In this document: positions 1-10,186 of the stretch, in pieces
Position numbering within the stretch: position 1 is the stretch's first letter
How the letters are laid out: every line of letters starts with the position of its first letter
NCBI GenBank assembly: GCA_965208325.1
Contig: OZ242326.1
Coordinates: 352,001-416,000, forward strand
Direction: 5' to 3'
Source: Candidatus Poribacteria bacterium
Lineage (GTDB): Bacteria > Poribacteria > WGA-4E > PCPOR2b
Length of the DNA: 64,000 nt
The notes under the pieces: model-generated
What the model was told of the DNA's origin: nothing
The model's database searches: none
What the model saw: the letters and a program-made list of their open reading frames with translations, nothing else
Position numbers and translations under genes: made by a program

Positions 1-2
1 TC

Positions 3-323
3 ATTCTGCGAGTTGAGGATGACGTTCATAGCATGAATCAAGCATACGACTGGCTGGGAAATGTACGAAGGGCGCGTTGGTTATCGAAAACTAGTTATCC
101 GTTATCCTTTAGTGAGATTGTTATATATGCTGCCAACTTAAAAGTGCCGTATTCAAGACCCGGCGATCTAATTGGAAACTGGCACGATGATGAATCTGGT
201 ATAATTAGCAAAGCGGTGTCTAGCATTATTCCTATTGATTTGTGTTTGGAATCCGACATCGCATACAGATCCAGTGGTAGACGGTATGATGAGGACGACG
301 ATGTGGAGCAACCTGGGCCATGA
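3..323 (+). CDS. hypothetical protein, probably 5'-partial
   Basis: Frame is open from the window start (ILRVEDDVHSMNQ...) to TGA at 321-323. Confidence 0.5.
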   Translation: MLRVEDDVHSMNQAYDWLGNVRRARWLSKTSYPLSFSEIVIYAANLKVPYSRPGDLIGNWHDDESGIISKAVSSIIPIDLCLESDIAYRSSGRRYDEDDDVEQPGP

Positions 324-594
324 AGTCGCACAGCAAGTGTTTTTTATCACCGTGTTGACCCCATTGGTCGTTTTGGGTGCTGTCCTTCTTTAACACCTAA
401 ACCGACCTATGTCGCTTTAGGCTGAATCAGATGAATTTAAAATCAAAACGGAAATGGTTAGGAAGGGTGAATAAGCAATGCCGAAGTCGTCCGAATGAGT
501 TATCCCGGCTTTAGAACATCATGAGGACGTAGTTGATTCAGCGTCAGATTATGAACATGCCGAATTCAATATTTCAAAAGGCGGACATGCAGAA

Positions 595-861
595 TTGGCT
601 GCACATTCTGATGAAATGATAGCTGTGCCCATTGATGCTAAAGCTAATCTTGTGAACCCAACTCAAATTAGCGGTATAGATGAACTAATTGAGCGGCGAT
701 ATGCTAGCGATTCCGCATTAAAGTGTATGCGCTATTTAATGATAGCACTTGGGATGACTACCGACGAGGCAGCCAGAGAACCTGAGTATACTCATGAGCA
801 TCCCGTTGATTTAGAAGCGATAGAGTGGTTCCTCGTTGCTTTTGACAGGGAGATTCAATAA
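595..861 (+). CDS. hypothetical protein, start uncertain
   Basis: Acidic ORF; frame is open back to 499, with an upstream ATG at 478 separated by TGA 496-498. Confidence 0.4.
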   Translation: MAAHSDEMIAVPIDAKANLVNPTQISGIDELIERRYASDSALKCMRYLMIALGMTTDEAAREPEYTHEHPVDLEAIEWFLVAFDREIQ

Positions 862-918
862 TCCATTACATCCGGGGGACGCTGTCGCCTCCCCCTCAGC
901 CGTTACAAAGGAGAGTAT

Positions 919-1110
919 GTGATGTTCGACGTTGTGAATAAACGTAATGTAAAAATCACTTATCAGAATTGCGAGGCCATGCCTCCCGAATCCGCCCTAA
1001 TATGCGTTATGCATGAGGACTCATCGAAAAACGGTCATATTGAAATCTCTGTTTCTGGCGAAGGATTTATTAATCTTGAAATTGTAGCAAAAGAAGATCA
1101 ATCCAATTAA
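919..1110 (+). CDS. small hypothetical protein
   Basis: AAAGGAGAG ribosome-binding site just before GTG/ATG. Confidence 0.5.
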   Translation: MMFDVVNKRNVKITYQNCEAMPPESALICVMHEDSSKNGHIEISVSGEGFINLEIVAKEDQSN

Positions 1111-1231
1111 AGCTCTGATTAGCTCAATGTTTTTGTCGGTTTACATATGCAAAACTAGGCGCGTTATGCACATGTGTCATTGGTGGAGCTCACCGCACTG
1201 GTACGGTTCAAACGTGGGAATTTAAAACAAC

Positions 1232-1777
1232 GTGGTGGAAAAAGGAGGTATTTCTGTGCAAATATTAGAATTCGCAACAATCGCGTTAGTGGTGGTTACC
1301 GGTGCGATGGTCGCGGTTACATGTTGGTATGCTTGGCTTACACGGAAAATACTAAAAGAACAACACCCAATGCGCGTAGACGATCAAAGACCGCTACTTG
1401 TGATGCGCGTATTATCAGGTGACAATTCGGAGACGTTAAAGCTAATTTTAATCGTGGAAAACGTAGGTCGTGGAGTTGCTCTTACGGTAAAATTTGATAC
1501 GGACGAAAATTGGGCGGAAGTGGCCGGCGATTTGAAAGGCGAATACGGCGATATTAATGACGGTATGCGTTACCTCCCACCCGGAGTTAGCGAGAGATTT
1601 GAAGGAAGACCTTTAACCATAGTAAAACAGATGGCGCGTTCGGCACCGAATAAGACGACAATTATTAAAGTGACATATGAGGATTCATTAAAAAATAGGT
1701 ATTACAATAGTGAGGAAATAAAATTTCGTGAGTTTGGATTGAGGCGCAAATTTTTCCTATCGCAGTTAACGGTCTGA
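1232..1777 (+). CDS. membrane-anchored hypothetical protein
   Basis: N-terminal TM helix (ATIALVVVTGAMVAVTCWYAW) followed by a beta-rich soluble domain (ENVGRGVA motif). Confidence 0.7.
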   Translation: MVEKGGISVQILEFATIALVVVTGAMVAVTCWYAWLTRKILKEQHPMRVDDQRPLLVMRVLSGDNSETLKLILIVENVGRGVALTVKFDTDENWAEVAGDLKGEYGDINDGMRYLPPGVSERFEGRPLTIVKQMARSAPNKTTIIKVTYEDSLKNRYYNSEEIKFREFGLRRKFFLSQLTV

Positions 1778-1799
1778 TATTCACACTGATTTACAGTTT

Positions 1800-1967
1800 T
1801 TGTACGTTGGGTTTAACGGGCTCGCGAAACGCAACAATCAGCAGAACTCAAAACGTTATAACAGTGCTCGTAGGTTACTTAGAAACCAGAGAACCACAAC
1901 ACTTTTGAAACCTACGAACGATGCGAAAGCGGTCGGTTGTCCTCTGACTCGACTCAACCTACTCGTA
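1800..1967. repeat. degenerate GTAG-type REP doublet
   Basis: TTGTACGTTGGGTTTAACGG at 1800 and inverted ACTCAACCTAC at about 1952. Confidence 0.55.
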
Positions 1968-2305
1968 TTTTGCCTATCGCTCTATCGCTTGACTGTCACA
2001 CTCCACTCAGGTATATTACCAGTAACTTCCGGCTTTTCAACGCTGACCAAATTCCTACGGATTTGCCTCAAAAACCTCATTCATTGCAATCCAAAAAATG
2101 GAGGTAAATTCAGAGAAAAATCAATTTTGGTCCAATCTTGCGTCCAAATTGCTTTTGAGCAATATTATTTGTCTAATCTCAGTTGGTCGTGCCGTATAAA
2201 ATGAGGTCTTATCTATGTTTGCCATTTAATCACTTTCTTACCATCGAACTTCGGCATATTCTGATTCCGTCATTTTTAACAGCTTATCACTATGGGTGTA
2301 TCAAA

Positions 2306-2884
2306 ATGTTTAGCCGTGCATGCAAATTTATTTGGTCTATTTCGCAGAAACTTACTATAGGTTATTTTGCCATGGTATTCGGATTAGGGGCGCTAATGTG
2401 GGCTGCCTTCGCATTATACAATCTTATATTTCACCCCATCAAGACTACCGTTTGGATATACTCGATTGTTGCTCAGTATATTCCACTTGTATTGTTGTTA
2501 GCATTGTTCTCCGGTGGAATTATAGCCATTGTAATGCGGCTACGCTATAATAGAAAGTCGAACCCCCACGTAAAACCCAAAGAATATTACACGGCGAAAC
2601 TAGAACGTATTCTAAAAGCCTGTGCCGGTATCATAGGGCTCGCGTTCATTTTACTTGCATTGTTCGTGTTAGTTTACGAGAATGCGCCTGTAATCGGTGG
2701 TTTTATTATATCAACATGGACAAAACTCACCAACGCCTTAAACACCACTATCGTCTGTACAATAATTATTTTGTTTGTAATGGTGAATCTTTATAACTCC
2801 TTACGGCGTGAACACCACGAGCTATACCAGGAATTTTGCAAACGCCTAGACGACATTGAGAAACGCCTCGATTCTAGGCGTTAG
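2306..2884 (+). CDS. multi-pass membrane protein
   Basis: About 4 hydrophobic segments and a short C-terminal coiled coil; ATG 2306 preferred over the ORF-track start. Confidence 0.65.
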   Translation: MFSRACKFIWSISQKLTIGYFAMVFGLGALMWAAFALYNLIFHPIKTTVWIYSIVAQYIPLVLLLALFSGGIIAIVMRLRYNRKSNPHVKPKEYYTAKLERILKACAGIIGLAFILLALFVLVYENAPVIGGFIISTWTKLTNALNTTIVCTIIILFVMVNLYNSLRREHHELYQEFCKRLDDIEKRLDSRR

Positions 2885-2939
2885 CATAGTAAAATTACAA
2901 TGTCTCAATGTTTGTAATTACGCCGAAAACCAGGCGGTT

Positions 2940-3075
2940 TTGTACGTCGGGTTTAATGCTCAATTACCTGAATAGGATCGACAGAGCGAATAGCGACGGA
3001 AATAATTACCTAGCGCGTGCGATATATTCTCGCTTCGCAGACGTAAAACCTTCACCGACTCCAACCCAGGGCTGT
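2940..3075. repeat. degenerate GTAG-type REP doublet
   Basis: TTGTACGTCGGGTTTAATGC at 2940 and ACTCCAACCCAG at about 3058. Confidence 0.5.
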
Positions 3076-3222
3076 TGCAACAGTCAAGCACAGTCAATTA
3101 TCCAAGATTTACTAACCTTTTTGCAATACCTGGGAGAGTTTTGCCGTTCCTTTAAGACATTTAGCGTCAAATTGCACGTTTTATTGCGACAATTTTTCAA
3201 TCGCTGAATTAAGAGAAATAAC

Positions 3223-4674
3223 ATGACACAGGAAAGCAAACAGGAACTGAGACGGTTACTAACACAAGCGATGCGACGTTTAGTGATACGATATAAATAC
3301 GGCGGCCCTACATCAATCCCAGTGGCTCTATATAGAAGGTACTTGCAGGAACGCTGGAGATACTACGGTATAGATTTCTTTTCGTTTGCATTTTCGATTC
3401 AACTTGTCCCCGATGTAGCCGATGGCTCCACAAAATCAAGTCTTCTTGCTTACATAAGAAAACAGTTAGCACCCTTTATTGGTGAAAGTACGGACCCAGA
3501 CCTTGATTGTGTCCGCAGCACCAACTATTCAATAGAATGCAATTCTTCATATGGAGATCATCTAGTTACTCATGGAGCCGGCCCCGTTCCGTTGTTTATG
3601 GTTTTAGAACGCCTTCTGGAAATTACCCTTGACCGGGGAATACTGGAAGCGGTATCATTTTTTGACCGGTGTAGTCGCCCCGAGGGTACACAGGTATTTC
3701 TTTGGGACGTTGCATTCCTTGAAGGAGTAAAGATAGAGTCAGAAATCGAACTCTGTAATGGGGTGCGACTTATCCCTTTGCCTTCTGGGGAAATATCATC
3801 GAAAGTCAAACAATATCTGCCCGCTGTTTCTGTCTTTGCCTTTACCGATCATGCGGACTCTTTTTTCGGCAGAACGCTGCTCGTTATTGACCGCCCCGCA
3901 ATTTCTATGCTTCGTAAACCTTCCGAAAAAGCAATTCAGAACGGAACCCGGATTGACAATCTCCCTTTTCAGGTTGAGGTGCCCAATGTAAAATTTCGCA
4001 ACCACCAAGCGATTGGTTCTTTCGATAAGTTATTCTGTCAAGCACTATCGTTAGTATGTAATTCGGCCGTTAAAATTGTAATAACAGGATTTTTTTTGGA
4101 GGAAGAAAACTCGTTCAGTCAGACTCACGGCCCTGGCAAGATGTTTAGGTACTTCGATTCACTCGGAAATCCTCCTGAACCTGGGAAAGTTGAAATAGAA
4201 AAAGCCAATCGTCTATACGAGAAATTGGCTGGTCTAAATTCAAATGATAGAGAGAAATTGCAGATTGCAATCGATAGATGGATAATGTCAAAATCAGAAA
4301 GGAGTCACATTGACAAAATCATTGACCTAGGTATAGCCATTGAAGCGCTATATGTCCCAGATGGGCGCAGCGGCGAGATCAGATTTAAATTGGCTGTTCG
4401 TGCAGCTTGGAATTTGGGAGAAAATGAAGAACATCGAAACAAGTTAATGAAGGAGTTTCAGGAAATATATGATTGGCGTTCCACGATTGTTCATACAGGA
4501 AAACTGCCCAACAAGACAAAGAAAACACCCTTTACTCCAGTAGAGGTAAACCAATTTATCGCACGAGCTCAGGATTTGTGCCGGGATTCAATTTTGAAGG
4601 TTTTAGAAAAGGAGAAATTCCCTGATTGGAACAACCTGATACTCTCCGGCCACGCAGAAAGCACAACTCAATAA
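3223..4674 (+). CDS. HEPN domain protein (ApeA-like C-terminal HEPN), putative defence RNase
   Basis: C-terminal IDLGIAIEALY...FKLAVRAA...IYDWRSTIVHTG containing an RxxxxH motif. Confidence 0.75.
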   Translation: MTQESKQELRRLLTQAMRRLVIRYKYGGPTSIPVALYRRYLQERWRYYGIDFFSFAFSIQLVPDVADGSTKSSLLAYIRKQLAPFIGESTDPDLDCVRSTNYSIECNSSYGDHLVTHGAGPVPLFMVLERLLEITLDRGILEAVSFFDRCSRPEGTQVFLWDVAFLEGVKIESEIELCNGVRLIPLPSGEISSKVKQYLPAVSVFAFTDHADSFFGRTLLVIDRPAISMLRKPSEKAIQNGTRIDNLPFQVEVPNVKFRNHQAIGSFDKLFCQALSLVCNSAVKIVITGFFLEEENSFSQTHGPGKMFRYFDSLGNPPEPGKVEIEKANRLYEKLAGLNSNDREKLQIAIDRWIMSKSERSHIDKIIDLGIAIEALYVPDGRSGEIRFKLAVRAAWNLGENEEHRNKLMKEFQEIYDWRSTIVHTGKLPNKTKKTPFTPVEVNQFIARAQDLCRDSILKVLEKEKFPDWNNLILSGHAESTTQ

Positions 4675-4916
4675 ACTCTCCAAAAACTAACCAAACCAAA
4701 AGAACTACACAATCGCTGCGCTATACAAATTGTCCACCCGAGTGCGGATTTGCATCTTTGTGCGGTATAGTTTAAATTCTTGTAGGTAGCATTTCCTTAC
4801 TCCGTACAAAATTGTTACGATGAAAAAACCACTAAACGCCTCCGAAATACTTGTCTTTTTTCGTTCAAAACCCTTTAACCCATCCTACAAACGCCGAGAA
4901 AAGGAGGTTTGTTATC

Positions 4917-5507
4917 ATGTCCGATGTGGACTACCGGAAATATATGCAATCTGAGGAATGGAAAGCAAAACGACAGACGAAACTGGACGATTGCCGCGGC
5001 AAGTGTGAATGTGAAGGCGGCTGTTACCGGCAAGCGACGCAAATTCATCATCTGCATTACGACACATTGGGAAACGAATGTTTTGACGACTTGCAAGCAT
5101 TGTGTCCGAAATGCCACATGAAAAAGTCTAATGTTCGGGATTTTTATGGTTATGTTGCGAAAGACTGTTGCCAACGCACCCCGCTTAGTGAGGAGGAGAA
5201 GCCGAAGAAAGCCCTGCCGTATTCTGTCTGGCATGAAGCAAACTTTCGTTATCAGATGGACCGCGAGCGATGCACACAAATCGCCGAGACGTTAGGGACG
5301 GACCCCGTAATCGCAGCGCTGCTCGATAACCTCGAAATCATGTTTGCTTGCGGTGACATTGCAGTAGAGGCGAAAATTACAAAGGCAATCGGGCGGTTTG
5401 CCGATGTTGTACCCGCCAAAGAGGGCGGCTTGGATGGGTACGGGCATGAAACCGTTTACAAGTTAAAACCCGAATTTTCAAAACACTTCTCCAATGATGA
5501 GAATTAA
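4917..5507 (+). CDS. HNH endonuclease with C-terminal extension
   Basis: YMQSEEWKAKR, CECEGGC, QIHHLHY, LQALCPKCH; AAGGAGG ribosome-binding site before ATG 4917. Confidence 0.8.
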   Translation: MSDVDYRKYMQSEEWKAKRQTKLDDCRGKCECEGGCYRQATQIHHLHYDTLGNECFDDLQALCPKCHMKKSNVRDFYGYVAKDCCQRTPLSEEEKPKKALPYSVWHEANFRYQMDRERCTQIAETLGTDPVIAALLDNLEIMFACGDIAVEAKITKAIGRFADVVPAKEGGLDGYGHETVYKLKPEFSKHFSNDEN

Positions 5508-5889
5508 ACGCATACCTCGCAGTCGCCGCACAAGTTACGCAAGCAGTGGAAGTCATTCGCCCCATGATAAGGCTAGTTTTGTAGATTCAGTTAAGCGCTC
5601 AAATACCCGATAACGTCGTAAAATAGTTTTGCCTACCACGAAATCCGACGCTGTTGGTCGCGCCGTACCGGTACGTCTAACGATACACATCCGATTACAA
5701 AAATCGCTGGATTAGGCTACTTCACACAATTTTGTTACCACAATGAAATTACCGAACTCCGACGTACATTTGCTTTTTTTCCTACAACACAGCTTCACCG
5801 CCCCGTAAAACCTTAAAATAGACACGAATTTTGGACTGAAAAACAGATAAATATTGAATTAATGTTGGAAACATGATATATTTTTAGAC

Positions 5890-6008
5890 AAAGAAAAAGG
5901 GAGTAGTTGTCAGCTACTCCCCAAAAAATGTGAGCCGATTTTCGTTAGCCTAGCACGCAGACAAAAACGGGCTTTTTTATTGTACCTGACATTCTCGCCG
6001 AATGTCAA
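5890..6008 (-). ncRNA. candidate small antisense RNA with its own promoter and terminator
   Basis: Minus strand: TTGACA-18 nt-TACAAT, about 80 nt containing a hairpin, then GGGAGTAGCTGACAACTACTCCC followed by a T-run. Confidence 0.45.
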
Positions 6009-6053
6009 GAAAATCACAACTCATTCTTCAAAAATTTCAAGGAGAAGGTACAT

Positions 6054-6392
6054 ATGTTTGGCTTGAAGTTCCGAAAGAAGGAAACTCTTGAGTGTAATGC
6101 GTATCAAGCGTTAGAGGCGCGATTTGACAGGTTGGAGCGGGAGATGAAACGAGAAAATGACGATCTTCATGCTTCAATTGATTCTGCACGTGAGCCGATT
6201 CAGGAACTGTGCATATTAATGAAAGAATCTCATACAGATGTCAATGAGTTAAAAGCTTCGTTGCGTGCTTTAGAACGTCAATTGGAGGATATCAGCGTTG
6301 AATTGAAAAGGCTGCGTGCGCCTTTTGGCGGAATTCACTATTTCGATATAAATGAATCAGTTGAACCACCGTCAAATCGTCGGTATGGGTGA
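6054..6392 (+). CDS. coiled-coil hypothetical protein
   Basis: AAGGAGAAGG ribosome-binding site; heptad pattern. Confidence 0.7.
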   Translation: MFGLKFRKKETLECNAYQALEARFDRLEREMKRENDDLHASIDSAREPIQELCILMKESHTDVNELKASLRALERQLEDISVELKRLRAPFGGIHYFDINESVEPPSNRRYG

Positions 6393-6479
6393 AATTAAAG
6401 ATTTGGTTAAAATACCTTACGACGGGGCGTGAGTTGACGTTCCCACAACATTGTGGAAAACCGCTAAATTTTCGTCCTT

Positions 6480-6842
6480 ATGGAGCTAAATATGTCTGAT
6501 ATCCTGAGACAAATAACGCTGGTAAAAGACGCTGAAGATCGCCGTGTAGTTCGTTTTGAGAGTAGAACTAAATTTACTCAGCTCGTTCTGGCTGTTCATG
6601 ATGCTTTGGTAAGCATAGACAAAAAGCTGGCTGAAATAGAATCTGAAGCCAATGGTATTGCTGACCAAACGCACCAGAAAGGCATGGATACCAGAGTTGA
6701 GTCGAGGAGGAACGTTCTTGGAGAAGATGTATCAGATTTGTTTGAACAACTTGAACTTCTCTGTGAGGTTATTTGTCCTGCTGGGGAATTGTTAACGCGG
6801 TACAAAAATCAATTAAAACATAGATTTTCTTCCTTTATGTGA
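6480..6842 (+). CDS. alpha-helical hypothetical protein
   Basis: 120-aa ORF co-oriented with the previous gene. Confidence 0.6.
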   Translation: MELNMSDILRQITLVKDAEDRRVVRFESRTKFTQLVLAVHDALVSIDKKLAEIESEANGIADQTHQKGMDTRVESRRNVLGEDVSDLFEQLELLCEVICPAGELLTRYKNQLKHRFSSFM

Positions 6843-6900
6843 TATGACTTTCGACTTGGTGCGGTGAAACGTATTCTGACCAAACACATTAAATGAAAAC

Positions 6901-7017
6901 TTGTAGGATGAATTGAGCGGCATCAACCGAGCCGATACCGAAGGATTGACTTAACGGCTAGTGAGTGCGATAGATATCAATAGTCTTTTATTGTCTTCTC
7001 CGAAACCCAACCTACAA
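6901..7017. repeat. GTAG-type REP doublet
   Basis: TTGTAGGATGAATTGAGCGG at 6901 and CGAAACCCAACCTACAA at 7001-7017. Confidence 0.6.
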
Positions 7018-7347
7018 GTGCATTGCAAATCGCTCTGTCGCTTGACTTTCACATTCCACATCCGATATATTACTATCATTTCCGGTTTTGAAACCTCGCC
7101 AAATTCCCACGGGTTACCACTTAAAATTTTTTCATCCCTGTGCAAAGGACTGGCGTTAGTTCACTCCGCCACCCGATGAAATAGTAACGGGGCGTCTGAA
7201 AGCATCAAACAAACACCACCGTAAATTATGAAGTGACTCATCCCTATGCTTTTTCATACGGGGCCAGCGCTGATTAACCGATTCCGATTCTGGTTACGGA
7301 AATAGAGTCTTAAATCCAAAAATCAACGTCTCAAATGGAGGTAATCA

Positions 7348-8217
7348 TTGAACAGAAACTGGACGGAACTCCTCAAATCCGTAATTCCTAGACCTTGCAT
7401 CAATCAACGTCCGTTTGTATGTGATGGTTTTCCTGATGAGTGTGAAGTAATTATAATCGGTCAAAATCCAAGAAATGAATTGTGTGTAGACTGGTGGGGC
7501 TTTTGGGACAATAGCTCTGGTTTCGATCGCCTTCGCCTTTCAGATGTCTACCAACAAAAAGGCTTCGACTTAAACACTGGGACACGAGGACGTTTAAACA
7601 AAATCAAGGATAGAGGCGTACAGTGTGTCGAAACCAATGTATATAGCTCTGAAGGTTCGTGCAACCGGAGCGACCGCATTCCTAACCAAACCGTTCTAGA
7701 ACTACTGTTAAGAAACATGCCACACCTCGAGTGGGTAATTGTACATGGCGCCATTGCGCACGACTGGATAAAAAAGTACAGAAATTTGATTCGCTTACCA
7801 GACAATCGGCTTCTCAAACCCTGCCATTTCAGAAACATAAGCGACGACAGGCTAAATCAGATTTGCAGACAGGTAGAGAAAGCCAGATATGAATGGATTG
7901 AAGAAGGCAAACAACTATTACTTTATAATCACATTACTGCAGAACGCGCCATTGCTAGTAGAAATCCTGAACTTCCACCCATGTCGACGCAAGAGATGTT
8001 ATGGGAACAGAGCAATGCGGCCCGCAATTGGTCAAATCGTGTAGAACTTCGTTTTGGTGCACGGGCATTTGCCCCTTATCCGTATGCGCTTCATAGTTTC
8101 AAGGAAAACACTACGGACCTCGATGTTCAAGACCGATGGTCACAATGTAAAGCCCATCTTAATAAAAGTATCGCTAGTCTAGAGAAATATCTTTCCGAAC
8201 TAATCAAGACTTTGTAG
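7348..8217 (+). CDS. uracil-DNA glycosylase-like superfamily protein with extra C-terminal region
   Basis: RPFVCDG..VIIIGQNP, VETNVY, VIVHGAIA, PCHF resemble UDG-fold motifs; GGAGG ribosome-binding site before TTG. Confidence 0.55.
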   Translation: MNRNWTELLKSVIPRPCINQRPFVCDGFPDECEVIIIGQNPRNELCVDWWGFWDNSSGFDRLRLSDVYQQKGFDLNTGTRGRLNKIKDRGVQCVETNVYSSEGSCNRSDRIPNQTVLELLLRNMPHLEWVIVHGAIAHDWIKKYRNLIRLPDNRLLKPCHFRNISDDRLNQICRQVEKARYEWIEEGKQLLLYNHITAERAIASRNPELPPMSTQEMLWEQSNAARNWSNRVELRFGARAFAPYPYALHSFKENTTDLDVQDRWSQCKAHLNKSIASLEKYLSELIKTL

Positions 8218-8545
8218 GCACACGGCGCAATTGAGCGCGCGTACAAGCGACAGTACCGTGTTTTTCGAATTTAATAGGGCACACCCTTTGAAACTCCTGA
8301 TAGTTTTAGATTCACACGGACACGTTATTGAACAATGGATAGAACGATGAACTGAACGAATCGCGAAGACGATAGTCTTGATTCTTCTAAGTTACGCCGA
8401 GTCGCCAAACCTGCCGTCGCGAATCCAGAAATCGCGCCGTGCAGGACAGATCTCCGTATCGCGACCTTTGAATAGTAGTCCAATAACGCGCAAGGGCTAC
8501 GAGATTCGGCTGCGTTTCAACATCGCATGATTATGCGCATTCTCG

Positions 8546-8697
8546 ATCATTGCACATCGTTCAATCATACAAATCACAGTCCAGACAATAAAATATGCTC
8601 AAACCCCCTACAAGCCCGTCAATACCGCCAAAACCCCTCTTTTTTTGCACTATTACTTGTTATCTGTTAATAAGGGTGTTACACTAGTCTCACTATG
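8546..8697 (+). promoter_or_regulatory. copy 1 of a duplicated ~150-bp promoter module
   Basis: Aligns with 12624-12774; TTGTTA-17-TACACT then ATG 9 nt downstream. Confidence 0.6.
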
Positions 8698-8703
8698 AAG
8701 TTT

Positions 8704-8970
8704 TTGTAGGTTGGGTTAAGCGGGTATCCCCAAATACATTGGTATTGAGTATTTGCCGTCCAATCACCGATAAAACTTAATAACAACATGCGCGTAGCGA
8801 ACCCAACGCTTTTGGTAGAATCGTACCGGCGGGGTGTTTCGATTCACGTTCCAACTCCAAAAAAACGCCGGGTTAAGCTTCATCAGTTTTGATCATGTAG
8901 GCAATCAAAGCTACTACCGCTCGCCGCATACTCGCGTTGGTTGGTCAAAATCACTCAACCCAGCCCACAA
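8704..8970. repeat. GTAG-type REP/REPIN-like element
   Basis: TTGTAGGTTGGGTTAAGCGGG ... GAACCCAAC ... CTCAACCCAGCCCACAA. Confidence 0.65.
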
Positions 8971-9005
8971 GGGTACAAGGGTAAAGTAATCCTCTCCCTT
9001 ACCAA

Positions 9006-9229
9006 GCTTACTATTACCCACAAGGCCGCGAAGTCGGATAGGGTACGGGTTGTCTCCCCTCATTCTTGACGTAACCATGCTGTGCAGCACCTGTGGGAAG
9101 GGCTTCCTAGCCCTGATTATCGGGACAGGGATGTCCCTCGTACAGTTTATGCCATACCGAAATGAACAATCGTTCTTAGCCCCAACATTGACGGCGTCTA
9201 CCTCCGGAGACTTGTGGGTAATAGTAAGC
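9006..9229. mobile_element. MITE, 224 bp
   Basis: Perfect TIRs GCTTACTATTACCCACAAG (9006-9024) and CTTGTGGGTAATAGTAAGC (9211-9229), flanked by direct repeat TTACCAA. Confidence 0.85.
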
Positions 9230-9444
9230 TTACCAAAGGGAGCTAGAGGGGGTCATACACGCATCGTCAGACATCGGAATTCGCTCCTACAAGAATCCAA
9301 CCCCTGTAGGAGCGATCTCCGAATCGCGACTTATATTAGACCGATGACTCAACCCCACCCAAATAACCTCCCCTTCTTCACTCACAACTCTCCACGGCTT
9401 TTACCCATGACACTTTTTCACCTACACAGTGCTTTAATCTGCGT

Positions 9445-9485
9445 TTGACAAAAAACCAATTATATCATATTATATTAAGTGAATG
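9445..9485 (+). promoter_or_regulatory. sigma70-like promoter (ATTAAGT family)
   Basis: TTGACA-17-TATTAT followed by ATTAAGTGAATG. Confidence 0.6.
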
Positions 9486-9613
9486 TTCGTATAGATTTTC
9501 GATGGTAGGTTGCGCTGCGAAAAGCTAAATCTGCCTACAATAGCTGCAACCGGTTTTTCTGGCCACTGGCGGCTAGCCACTGGTCGCTGCTTCCCAACAA
9601 AGGAGAAATTGCT

Positions 9614-10027
9614 ATGAAAACGAAACACAGTCTTTTTATAAGCGGTATTGTTGGCGGAGTCATAGGGAGTTTGTTAACGGCGTCGTTGGTTTCACCAGTC
9701 ACAGCGCAAAGGGATAAGTTTGACACGATCCAGTGTTCGCGACTAGAGGTTGTTGATGAAACGGGCATGCCGAGGGTTGCTCTCATGACCGATGAAGGCA
9801 GTGGATTTGTCGGTATTGGTAGCAAAGATAAGGGATTTCTGACAATGGCAAGTCACTTTATAACTTTCGGTGGAAAGGAAAGCAAACCCGTGATAAGGCT
9901 CAGTATCGACGAACGAGGCGGGCATGTGTCTGTCTACGGCAAAGGCAAAGGTCAAGCGGCGATGGGAATCAACGAATACGGAAACGGCGTTGTGAGTACA
10001 TGGGACAAAAACGGCAATCGGCAGTAA
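9614..10027 (+). CDS. secreted beta-rich hypothetical protein (paralog A)
   Basis: AAGGAG ribosome-binding site; signal peptide ending SPVTAQ; KFDTIQCSRLEVVD. Confidence 0.8.
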   Translation: MKTKHSLFISGIVGGVIGSLLTASLVSPVTAQRDKFDTIQCSRLEVVDETGMPRVALMTDEGSGFVGIGSKDKGFLTMASHFITFGGKESKPVIRLSIDERGGHVSVYGKGKGQAAMGINEYGNGVVSTWDKNGNRQ

Positions 10028-10186
10028 ACTCAATGACTGAAACACAACAAAATTTCACAATGCGACTACTAGATTTGAAAAGATGTTTAATGACGGGTAC
10101 ACTCATGTCTGTGATTTCCGACCTTGTTGCCACGGCGATTGGTACCCTTGCGAAGGACATTATACCTTAACGAAGGAGGCATTAAA

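Noticed and set aside
478..861. In-frame TGA at 496-498 as another Sec site
   Set aside because: No clear downstream hairpin, no redox context and no recognisable family
9050..9448. 132-aa ORF
   Set aside because: Runs across MITE and REP sequence; likely spurious
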